Shown here: one piece after another, positions 5,866-13,697 of the stretch
How the letters are laid out: each line of letters begins with the position of its first letter
Numbering within the stretch: the first letter of the stretch is position 1
Assembly: GCA_964615185.1 (NCBI GenBank)
Contig: CAZTOS010000061.1
Coordinates: forward strand, 1-14,311
DNA length: 14,311 nt
Reading direction: 5' to 3'
DNA from: an uncultured Thermococci archaeon
Lineage (GTDB): Archaea; Methanobacteriota_B; Thermococci; Thermococcales; Thermococcaceae
The notes under the pieces: model-generated
The model's database searches: none
Seen by the model: the letters and a program-made list of their open reading frames with translations, nothing else
Told to the model about the DNA's origin: nothing
Translations under genes and position numbers: made by a program

Positions 5866-6648
5866 TTATCTATTGATCTCAAGCGATAAAATCTTTGACT
5901 TCTTGGTTGCGGCATCCACGGTTTTCATTATCGCTGTTCTTACCCTGCTGTCTTCAAGCTCAAAAATACCATCTATCGTTGTTCCTCCTGGGGTTATCAC
6001 CATATCCCTAATTTGGGCTGGGTGTAAATTTGTCTCCAAGAGGAGTTTTGCTGTGCCCAGAAGAGTCTGAGCAGCTGCGAGTAGGGCAACATCCCTTGGT
6101 AATCCAACTTTTAAGCCCCCGTATATCAGCGATTCTAAAAAGACGGAGGCATAAGCCGGTCCAGAACCGCTCAGACCTGTTATTGCGTCCATGTATTCTT
6201 CTTCAATTTTAATGCACTTCCCAAAGGTTTCAAAAATTTCTTCAACGAGCTTTATCTCTTCATCGCTTAGGTCATTTGTGGCATAAGCTGTGAAGGATTC
6301 CCTTACGAGAATCGCTATATTTGGCATGGCCCTAACAAACTTTGCATTCGCTAATTCTTTGAGGACTTTCAGGGGAATACCGGCAGCAAATGAAATAACA
6401 ATTTTTCCTTTAACGGCTTCTCTAATCTCTTCAAGAACTTTTCTAACTTTGTTTGGTTTCACAGTTAGTATTATTACATCAGCACTTTCTGCTGCGGTTT
6501 TGTTGTCTCTCAGCACTTTGACACCATACTCTTCGAGCCATCTAACCTTCTCAATTCTTCTCCTTGTGGCTATAACTTCATATTTCTCTGAGAGCGCTTT
6601 GGCAACGGCACTTCCAACTGTTCCAGCCCCGATTACAGCTATCTTCAT
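5866..6648 (-). CDS. proC: Pyrroline-5-carboxylate reductase
   Basis: Rossmann 'IAVIGAGTVG', 'VRAMPN', 'TGLSGSGPAY', 'VITPGGTTIDG'. Confidence 0.95.
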   Translation of the reverse strand: MKIAVIGAGTVGSAVAKALSEKYEVIATRRRIEKVRWLEEYGVKVLRDNKTAAESADVIILTVKPNKVRKVLEEIREAVKGKIVISFAAGIPLKVLKELANAKFVRAMPNIAILVRESFTAYATNDLSDEEIKLVEEIFETFGKCIKIEEEYMDAITGLSGSGPAYASVFLESLIYGGLKVGLPRDVALLAAAQTLLGTAKLLLETNLHPAQIRDMVITPGGTTIDGIFELEDSRVRTAIMKTVDAATKKSKILSLEINR

Positions 6649-7631
6649 TTTATCACCTCTAACTTATAAGCTAACTCTGCATTTAGAATTGAACCCCCAG
6701 CGGCTCCTCTAATGAGATTGTGTCCCAAAGTGACGTATTTGAACTTTCTCTCTCCGATTTTTTCTAACCTCCCAACTGTAACTGTCATTCCATTACCGAG
6801 TTCTCTGTGAAGTTTTGGCTGGGGGATTTCCCTATAGACAATTGGCTTTGCATAGGATGGTAGCTTAAGCTCTTTCAATGGGTCAAAGGATTCAAAAGCT
6901 TTTTTAAGTTCCTCAACACTGATATCTTCACTAAGTTCAACAAAGACTGCCTCTGTGTGTCCGTGAGATACTGGAACCCTCGTTGTAATGGCTGATATCT
7001 CAAAGTCAAAGCCAAGAATTTTCTTTGATTCGTTCTCGATTTTCCACTCCTCTTTTTCAATGTAAGGAATTACGTTGTCAAAAATCTGTAGAGCTGATAA
7101 ACCTCTAAATCCCGCTCCACTTATTGCCTGCATAGTTGCAACGTTGACATTTTTGAGTCCGAATTCTGAAAGAACTTTCAGCGAAAGCACCAGAATGGCT
7201 GTGGAACAGTTTGGATTTGTGACTATAAACCCCTCCCACCCTCTTTGCTCTTGCTGAAATTCGATAAGCTTTAACTGGTCTGCGTTAACTTCTGGGACTA
7301 AAATGGGTACATTGTCTTCATATCTATGGGATGAAGCGTTGCTGAACACGGGGATTTTCTCGGCAAGTTTTTCCTCCACCTTACCGGCTATTGAAGAGGG
7401 CAAAGCTGAGAAGACTAAGTCTACATCCAGATTTTTTAAGAAATCTTCCAAGCTCTCTATCTCTATGTCCCCAATATCATCACTGACCCATTCTGCAATT
7501 TCTCTGTACTTCTTTCCTTTAGATCTTTCCGAAGCAACTAACCTTTCAATTTTAAACCAGGGGTGATTTTCTAAGAGCCTTACAAACGTCTGCCCAACTA
7601 AACCTGTAGCACCTAAAATTGCAACCTCCAT
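6645..7631 (-). CDS. asd: Aspartate-semialdehyde dehydrogenase (archaeal type)
   Basis: 'ILGATGLVGQ', 'VPEVN', catalytic 'NPNCST', 'QAISGAG', 'RVPVSHGH', 'HNLIRGAAG'. Confidence 0.95.
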   Translation of the reverse strand: MEVAILGATGLVGQTFVRLLENHPWFKIERLVASERSKGKKYREIAEWVSDDIGDIEIESLEDFLKNLDVDLVFSALPSSIAGKVEEKLAEKIPVFSNASSHRYEDNVPILVPEVNADQLKLIEFQQEQRGWEGFIVTNPNCSTAILVLSLKVLSEFGLKNVNVATMQAISGAGFRGLSALQIFDNVIPYIEKEEWKIENESKKILGFDFEISAITTRVPVSHGHTEAVFVELSEDISVEELKKAFESFDPLKELKLPSYAKPIVYREIPQPKLHRELGNGMTVTVGRLEKIGERKFKYVTLGHNLIRGAAGGSILNAELAYKLEVIK

Positions 7632-8806
7632 CAGAGAACCTCCCTAAACGCTTCCAAACTTGGCTCTATCGGTTCTGGAAGCTTAAAGTTCTCAATAATT
7701 ATATTTGGGTCTTTCAGCCCATGCCCCGTTGTAATTAAAACATAACTCTCATCTGGTTCAATCAGACTAAGTTCTTTCAGCTTAATTAGACCTGCCAAAG
7801 AAGAAGCTGATGCTGGCTCGACAAAAATTCCCTCTTTTGATGCGAGCAGTTTTTGAGCCTTCAGAATCTCCTCATCACGCACGCTTTCAAGCAATCCGCC
7901 TGATTCTTCAACAGCTTTCCATGCTTTTTTCCAATTTGCTGGATTTCCAATCCTTATGGCTGTTGCTACGGTTTCGGGCTTCTCCTCAGGTTTGAACTCT
8001 CTTCTCTCCTTCCAAGCTTTAGCCAGTGGTGATGCCCCCTCAGCCTGAATACCAATCATCCTCGGTAGTTTATCTATAAATCCGGCCTCATAAAGCTCCT
8101 TAAAGCCCTTCCAGATTGCCGAAATGTTACCGGCGTTTCCTACGGGCAGAATAACATTATCGGGAACAAAGCCAAGTTGATCGAATACCTCAAAAGCTAT
8201 CGTCTTCTGTCCCTCAAGGCGGAAGGGGTTTATTGAGTTGAGCATGTAAACTCCTAATTCCCTGCTTGCCTCCACCACAACCCTCAAAGCGTCGTCAAAG
8301 TTTCCTCTAATTGGAACAACCTTTGCACCATAAACTATTGCTTGGGCAAGCTTTCCTAAGGCTATCTTTCCGCTTGGCACTAAAACATAGCTCCTTATCC
8401 CGGCTTTTGCTGAATATGCAGCTAAAGACGCTGAAGTATTCCCCGTTGAGGCGCATATAACCTTGTCCATGCCCAGCTCCAAAGCTTTGCTCACTCCAAC
8501 CGTCATTCCTCTGTCCTTGAAAGAACCCGTTGGATTTGCACCTTCGTTCTTGACGTAAAGCTCTCTCATCTCAAGCTCTTTCTGAAGGTTTTCCAGACGA
8601 TACAGGGGTGTACCTCCTTCATTGAGAGAAACTCTTTTTTCAACTGGAATAAAGCTCTTGTACTTCCAGAGTGTTATGTTTTTTCCATCAAAAACATTTT
8701 CAACTTTATCCAAATCGATGACTACCTCCAATAAGCCGCCGCAGTCGCACCTATATCTAACTTCATCTTCTGGGTATTCCCTACCACACTCTATACATCT
8801 AAGCAT
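7631..8806 (-). CDS. thrC: Threonine synthase
   Basis: N-terminal Zn-ribbon (CIECG...CDCGG), PLP lysine motif 'NPTGSFKDRG', 'ASTGNTSASLAAY', 'PVGNAGN', 'TGHGLKDP'. Confidence 0.96.
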   Translation of the reverse strand: MLRCIECGREYPEDEVRYRCDCGGLLEVVIDLDKVENVFDGKNITLWKYKSFIPVEKRVSLNEGGTPLYRLENLQKELEMRELYVKNEGANPTGSFKDRGMTVGVSKALELGMDKVICASTGNTSASLAAYSAKAGIRSYVLVPSGKIALGKLAQAIVYGAKVVPIRGNFDDALRVVVEASRELGVYMLNSINPFRLEGQKTIAFEVFDQLGFVPDNVILPVGNAGNISAIWKGFKELYEAGFIDKLPRMIGIQAEGASPLAKAWKERREFKPEEKPETVATAIRIGNPANWKKAWKAVEESGGLLESVRDEEILKAQKLLASKEGIFVEPASASSLAGLIKLKELSLIEPDESYVLITTGHGLKDPNIIIENFKLPEPIEPSLEAFREVL

Positions 8807-9678
8807 TTTGCTCCTCCTCCAACTTTGGTTATAAAATATTCTGCTCTAATTCCCTCATTCTCAAATGCTTCTACCATAACTTTCCCAATATTCCTCAAAT
8901 TCTCCCCCAAAGCAAACATTGCTGGACCCGAACCAGATAAAGAAACACCATAGGCGCCACTTTCCAGTGCAGCTTTTCTAATATTGTCAAACCATGGCAT
9001 GAGCGGTTTTCTGTAAGGAATAGCCAAGTAGTCATCCAGAAGTTTTCCGACTTTTTCTATGTCTCCTTCTTTCAAAGCCGATATTAAGGCACTTGCAAGG
9101 GCTAAATTTCTAACGGCATCGCTTAGAGGGATATATCTTGGTAGGATTTCCCTTGCTCTTTTTGTGCTAACTTCAACTTCTGGGAGAACAATGACAAGCT
9201 TAAAGCTCACATCAAGCTTAAACACTTCAAGAGGTGAAAGGGATTTTAGTATTGTAAATCCACCAAAGAGGGATGGAACAATGTTATCTCCATGAGCACT
9301 TCCAGATGCAGCCTTTTCTCCCTCAAGAGCAGCCTTTATTATGAGTTCCCTATTTTCAACTCCAAGGAGCTTTGCTAATGCTAATGCCCCACCTATGGCC
9401 GATGCTCCAGAGCTTCCGAGTCCGCTTTTAGGTCTTATTCCCTTTCTAATCTTCATCTTAAAGCCGGTCTCTGCTTTAAGCATCTTCAAGAGTGCAAGGG
9501 CAGATATCGAAGCAACGTTCTTTTCTGGATCTTCTGGCACGTTAAATCCTTCAACTTTTACTTCAATTTCATCGCTTTCTTTGATTTTGATTATATCTCT
9601 TGGTTCATCAAGGCACAAGCCAAACACGTCAAACCCTGGCCCAAAGTTCGCTATCGTTGCTGGTGCTGAGACTTTCAT
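8791..9678 (-). CDS. thrB: Homoserine kinase (GHMP family)
   Basis: 'PATIANFGPGFDVFG', 'PKSGLGSSGAS', 'HGDNIVP', 'LSGSGP'. Confidence 0.96.
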   Translation of the reverse strand: MKVSAPATIANFGPGFDVFGLCLDEPRDIIKIKESDEIEVKVEGFNVPEDPEKNVASISALALLKMLKAETGFKMKIRKGIRPKSGLGSSGASAIGGALALAKLLGVENRELIIKAALEGEKAASGSAHGDNIVPSLFGGFTILKSLSPLEVFKLDVSFKLVIVLPEVEVSTKRAREILPRYIPLSDAVRNLALASALISALKEGDIEKVGKLLDDYLAIPYRKPLMPWFDNIRKAALESGAYGVSLSGSGPAMFALGENLRNIGKVMVEAFENEGIRAEYFITKVGGGAKCLDV

Positions 9679-10726
9679 TTAAAACCACCTCGTGGATTTC
9701 GTTTAAAGCGGCTTCAAGATTATCTCTTTCAACGAGAAAGCATACAAAGTCCCTGCTCTGTTCGACAATGGGATAGTCTGCATCAACACAAGAAGTTCCA
9801 ACAACTCCTATCTTTGCAGTGTCTCCAAAAGTCTTGTAGGTTATTATTGGCATTTTAAAGCTGATATCCGAAATCAATGTTCCTAATCTCCATTCACTTG
9901 TCTTTCCAAGGATTAGTGGGATTCTGTCTTTGATTGGCTCAATTGTTCTCTCATGTAATGCCTTCATTCCAAGTCTCGAAGCTATTAAAGCTTCTTCATA
10001 GGATATAAATGGAATAATTCTGGCATTTTTGACTATTCTTGGGTCAGCGGTATAAATTCCTTTAACATCACTCATTATTAAGACAGCCCTGGCATTCAGG
10101 AGATATCCCAAAACTGAGGCGGTGTAATCACTTCCCCCTCTTCCCAATGTAGTTCTGAGGCCGTTAAAATTCCCGAGAAATCCTGTAACAACTGGAATCT
10201 TATCTTTTTTCAGTAGTCGCTCTATTGTCCAAATCTTGTCTTTTGTTTTCTTTAAGTCAACTTCGGCGTTACCAAAGTTTCCATCCGTTTCTATTAGATA
10301 AAACGCATCAAGGGGAGCACTTTTGATCCCTTCATCTTCTAAGGCTTTTGAAAAAAGTTTTACTGACAGTCTTTCCCCAAATGATAGGACATGATCTACA
10401 TATGCCTTTCTGTTTGGGAATCTTTTCTCATTTTCCAGGATAAATCTAAGTTCTTTGATCTCATTTTCAATACTTAGCTTGATTCCAAGCTTCTCAATTG
10501 CTCTTAAATGTATTTCTTCAAGCTCTTCAAGAACCTCTGGGCTTTTACTTTCTGCTAACTTTAGTAGTAAATCTGTAACACCTTTTAATGCGGATAGAAC
10601 AATTACAACTTCATTGCCTTCATAAAACTTTTGAACGAGTCTTAACGCTTCACTAAAAGAGTCTCTAACCGAACTTCCTCCAAATTTAATAACTACCCTT
10701 GACTTAGCGGAGAGTTTGTAAACCAC
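9629..10726 (-). CDS. lysC: Aspartokinase with a short C-terminal regulatory region
   Basis: 'KFGGSSV', 'SFGERLS', 'TTLGRGGSDYTA', 'SDVKGIYTADPR'; 365 aa; first gene of the thr operon. Confidence 0.92.
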   Translation of the reverse strand: MVYKLSAKSRVVIKFGGSSVRDSFSEALRLVQKFYEGNEVVIVLSALKGVTDLLLKLAESKSPEVLEELEEIHLRAIEKLGIKLSIENEIKELRFILENEKRFPNRKAYVDHVLSFGERLSVKLFSKALEDEGIKSAPLDAFYLIETDGNFGNAEVDLKKTKDKIWTIERLLKKDKIPVVTGFLGNFNGLRTTLGRGGSDYTASVLGYLLNARAVLIMSDVKGIYTADPRIVKNARIIPFISYEEALIASRLGMKALHERTIEPIKDRIPLILGKTSEWRLGTLISDISFKMPIITYKTFGDTAKIGVVGTSCVDADYPIVEQSRDFVCFLVERDNLEAALNEIHEVVLNESLSTSNDSELWARV

Positions 10727-10764
10727 CGATAGTGCATCACCTTATCCGTAGAGTTTTTAATATG

Positions 10765-10780
10765 CTTATAAGTTTTTTCG
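10765..10780 (-). promoter_or_regulatory. BRE/TATA promoter of the aspartokinase-thrB-thrC-asd-proC operon
   Basis: Minus strand CGAAAAAA-CTTATAAG, followed about 22 nt later by SD AAGGTGAT (10743-10736). Confidence 0.7.
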
Positions 10781-10909
10781 AAAATTTTTTGTCTTTTTGT
10801 CGAAATTTGCAAAATTCTCCTGAAAATGATTGTCAAAATGACATATTTTGGTGCAACAATCTTTAAAATAGTTCAACTAAATGCGGTTTAAAATACCATA
10901 ATGATAAGC

Positions 10910-10940
10910 TGGCCGGCTTTTCCTGACCAAAAATTTAAAT
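10910..10940 (+). promoter_or_regulatory. aro operon promoter (BRE/TATA) with an adjacent candidate Tar-binding box
   Basis: TGGCCG-N8-TGACCA (10910-10929) running into AAAA-TTTAAAT (10930-10940). Confidence 0.6.
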
Positions 10941-11057
10941 AGTAATAAAGAGTCTTCAAAGCTTGGTGATGGTGATGCCCCGCCAATATCTGTAACCCCA
11001 ATTCCAAGGATTGAAAAAGAAGAATTAGCTGTTTTTAGAAAGCTCTTTTTAAGGGCT

Positions 11058-11294
11058 TTGAATGAAAATCAGCTTCTGATTTTAAGGAGCATAAATGGGA
11101 AACATAGGTCCTTGAATGCTCTTTTGGAGGAAATAAGCAGGGAAACCAAGAAGCCAATCTCGACATTAAAGCTCAATGCCAAGATTCTGAAGGAGCTCGG
11201 CTTAATTGACTACGGCGAAAGGAACAATCCAAAGCCCGTTGAATTGACAAAACATGGACGACTCGTTCTAAAAATTCTTGAGGTGGTAGAATGA
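11058..11294 (+). CDS. Winged-HTH (ArsR-like) regulator, homolog of the Thermococcales aromatic amino acid regulator Tar; N-terminus probably extends to about 10975-10980
   Basis: 'SLNALLEEIS...PISTLKLNAKILKELGLIDY...PVELTKHGRLVL' wHTH pattern; first gene of the aro cluster, the position TK0271 occupies in T. kodakarensis (from recall). Confidence 0.8.
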   Translation: MNENQLLILRSINGKHRSLNALLEEISRETKKPISTLKLNAKILKELGLIDYGERNNPKPVELTKHGRLVLKILEVVE

Positions 11295-11956
11295 GCGAAA
11301 GCTTGGTTCACTCGGTCTTAAGTGACAGGCTAAAAGAAATGGTCTCGGAAGTGAACAACTTCCACCTCAACTCCTCTATAACATGCCTTGAGATTTTAAA
11401 GGCAGTGGTAGCAAAGAAAAGAGAAAACGACATAATAATCTTAAGCAAAGGTCATTCAGCACCGGCATTTTATGTAATCCTTTCAGAGCTTGGGCTTTTA
11501 AGTGAAGAGGAACTGAAAAACTTTGCTAACTTAGATGGACTGCCAAGTCACGTTATCAGGGGTTTGCCATTCATCGAGGTCTCCAGCGGTTCATTGGGGC
11601 AGGGGTTATCGGTTGCCAACGGAATAGCATTAGCCTCAAAGCTTGAAGGAGAAGAAAAGAACGTTTACGTGATTTTAGGCGATGGGGAATTAGATGAGGG
11701 TCAAATTTGGGAGGCAGCAATGACTTCTTCGCATTACAAGCTTGACAATGTCATAGCCATTGTTGATAGGAACTTCAAGCAATTAACAGGGAAAACAGAG
11801 GAGATCATGTCAAAAGAGCCCTTAGGGGAGAAATGGAAATCCTTTGGCTGGGAAGTGTTTGAGGTTGAAAACAAAGCCGAGAAAATCCTCGAGTTGCTCT
11901 TTAATCTTGACAAAGTAAAGGGAAAGCCGAAGGTGATAATAGCAAAATGGGAGTGA
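11291..11956 (+). CDS. Transketolase, N-terminal (TPP-binding) subunit
   Basis: 'LSKGHSAP', 'SSGSLGQGLS', TPP motif 'GDGELDEGQIWEA...DRN'. Confidence 0.93.
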   Translation: MSESLVHSVLSDRLKEMVSEVNNFHLNSSITCLEILKAVVAKKRENDIIILSKGHSAPAFYVILSELGLLSEEELKNFANLDGLPSHVIRGLPFIEVSSGSLGQGLSVANGIALASKLEGEEKNVYVILGDGELDEGQIWEAAMTSSHYKLDNVIAIVDRNFKQLTGKTEEIMSKEPLGEKWKSFGWEVFEVENKAEKILELLFNLDKVKGKPKVIIAKWE

Positions 11957-11962
11957 AAGGCT

Positions 11963-12892
11963 ATGGGTAAAATCATCGAAAGTTTTAGGGAAGCCTTTGG
12001 AAGAGCTTTAGTTGAGATAGGAAAGGAGAACGAAAACGTTGTAGTTCTCGATGCAGATGTAAAGGGTTCGACGAAAACGATTTACTTTGAAAAAGCTTTC
12101 CCCGATAGATTCTTCCAAGTCGGCATAAGCGAGCAGGATTTAATTTCAACAGCCGCAGGCTTTGCGATAGCCGGCAAAATTCCAGTAGCTTCAGCTTTTG
12201 CGGCTTTTATGATGAGGGCTTGGGAGCAGATAAGAAATACAGTAGCGAGGGATAACCTAAATGTCAAAATTGTTACAACCCATTCGGGGTTTTCTGATTT
12301 CATGGATGGCTCATCGCATCAATGCTTAGAGGATATAGCTTTGATGAGGGTTTTGCCAAATATGAAAGTCCTTATGCCAGCAGATGCTTATGCAACCAAA
12401 GTTCTCCTTAAGCAGATGGTTGAAAGTGAAGGACCCTTTTATATGCGTTTGGGAAGAGATTACACGATAAAGGTTTACGATGAAGAAGAGCTCAAAATTG
12501 GGAAGGCAGAAATCTTGAGGGAAGGAGAGGATGTTTTTTTGATTGCCTGTGGATTCATGGTTCCAGTGGCTTTAGAAGTCGCTGAAGAGCTTAAAGACTT
12601 GAGCGTTGGAGTAGCGGATTTTCACACGATAAAGCCCCTTGATGAAGATACCTTGCTCAAAATAGCTAAAAAAGCCAACTTAATAGTCACCTTAGAAGAG
12701 CACAGCATTTTTGGAGGACTTGGAGGAGCTGTAGCAGAAGTTTTGAGCGAAAATATGCCAAAGAGGGTCATTAGAATTGGAACAAGTGAGTTTGGCAAAA
12801 GCTCGAGAGACTACTTAGCGTTATTGGATCTCTACGGCTTAAGCACTGATAAAATTGCAAAGAGAATAGCTAAGGCAGTTGAGAGACTGTAA
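11963..12892 (+). CDS. Transketolase, C-terminal subunit
   Basis: 'FPDRFFQVGISEQ', 'RAWEQIR', 'DGSSHQ', 'TIKPLD', 'EEHSIFGGLG'. Confidence 0.93.
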   Translation: MGKIIESFREAFGRALVEIGKENENVVVLDADVKGSTKTIYFEKAFPDRFFQVGISEQDLISTAAGFAIAGKIPVASAFAAFMMRAWEQIRNTVARDNLNVKIVTTHSGFSDFMDGSSHQCLEDIALMRVLPNMKVLMPADAYATKVLLKQMVESEGPFYMRLGRDYTIKVYDEEELKIGKAEILREGEDVFLIACGFMVPVALEVAEELKDLSVGVADFHTIKPLDEDTLLKIAKKANLIVTLEEHSIFGGLGGAVAEVLSENMPKRVIRIGTSEFGKSSRDYLALLDLYGLSTDKIAKRIAKAVERL

Positions 12893-12911
12893 AATGCTGG
12901 GAGGTGATTTA

Positions 12912-13697
12912 ATGTTTAAATTTAGCAAAAAATACAAAGCTAAGACCGTTGTCAAGGTTAATGGGGTCAAATTTGGAGGAGGATTTACCATAATTGCTGG
13001 GCCGTGTTCCGTCGAATCGGAAGAGCAGATAATGAAAACTGCAGAATTTTTAAGCGAGCTTGGGGTTAAAGTCCTGAGAGGAGGGGTGTTTAAGCCCAGA
13101 ACTTCTCCCTACTCCTTCCAAGGGCATGGGGAGGAGGCTTTGAAGTGGCTCAAAAAAGCTGGAGAAGAGTTTGGCTTAGTTACGGTCAGCGAAGTTATGG
13201 ATACAAGGAAAGTTGAACTTGTGTCTAAATACGTTGATATTCTGCAAATCGGGACAAGAAATGCTCAAAACTTTGACCTTCTGAAAGAGGTCGGCAGAAT
13301 AGATAAGCCGGTCATTTTAAAGAGAGGCTTTGCCAATACGATTCAAGAGTGGCTCTATTCGGCGGAGTATATCTTAGCTGAGGGAAATGAAAACATTATT
13401 CTCTGCGAGAGGGGCATTAGAACGTTTGAAACATCAACGCGCTTTACCCTCGACATCTCAGCGGTTCCAGTCGTTAAAGAGCTGTCTCATCTCCCAATAA
13501 TAGTTGACCCCTCCCACGCCGCTGGAAAGAGGAGCTTAGTTAAACCCTTGGCTAAAGCAACGTTTGCCGTCGGAGCGGATGGAATCATGGTTGAAGTTCA
13601 TCCAGAGCCCGAAAAAGCCATGTCGGATTCAAAACAGCAACTGAACTTCGATGAGTTCAAAGAACTCTTGGAGGACTTGAGAAAATGGGGATTATAA
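12912..13697 (+). CDS. aroF: 3-deoxy-7-phosphoheptulonate (DAHP) synthase, type I-beta, catalytic barrel only
   Basis: 'IAGPCSVES', '[11 protein letters not shown]', 'LKRG', 'CERGIRTFE', 'VDPSH'. Start corrected to ATG 12912 (SD GGAGGTGAT at 12900-12908). Confidence 0.95.
   Translation: MFKFSKKYKAKTVVKVNGVKFGGGFTIIAGPCSVESEEQIMKTAEFLSELGVKVLRGGVFKPRTSPYSFQGHGEEALKWLKKAGEEFGLVTVSEVMDTRKVELVSKYVDILQIGTRNAQNFDLLKEVGRIDKPVILKRGFANTIQEWLYSAEYILAEGNENIILCERGIRTFETSTRFTLDISAVPVVKELSHLPIIVDPSHAAGKRSLVKPLAKATFAVGADGIMVEVHPEPEKAMSDSKQQLNFDEFKELLEDLRKWGL

Noticed and set aside
5774..6070. 98-aa plus-strand ORF after the first inverted repeat
   Set aside because: Mostly antisense to proC, no SD, no recognisable domain; at most a remnant.
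9629..9678. 50-nt aspartokinase/thrB overlap as a possible frameshift or fusion
   Set aside because: thrB has its own SD (GAGGTGG) and both frames are intact; this is a simple read-in tail.
6030..9682. Short ORFs overlapping the thr-pro operon
   Set aside because: Antisense or alternative-frame shadows of well-supported enzymes.
10901..10926. ATGATAA...CTGA half C/D-box pattern
   Set aside because: Only half a guide structure with an imperfect C box; better explained as the operator upstream of the aro promoter.
11734..12303. Minus-strand ORFs 11734-11976 and 12082-12303
   Set aside because: Antisense shadows of the transketolase subunits.
12879..12911. TTG start for DAHP synthase given in the ORF track
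   Set aside because: The extension contains the SD itself; ATG 12912 is correctly spaced from GGAGGTGAT.
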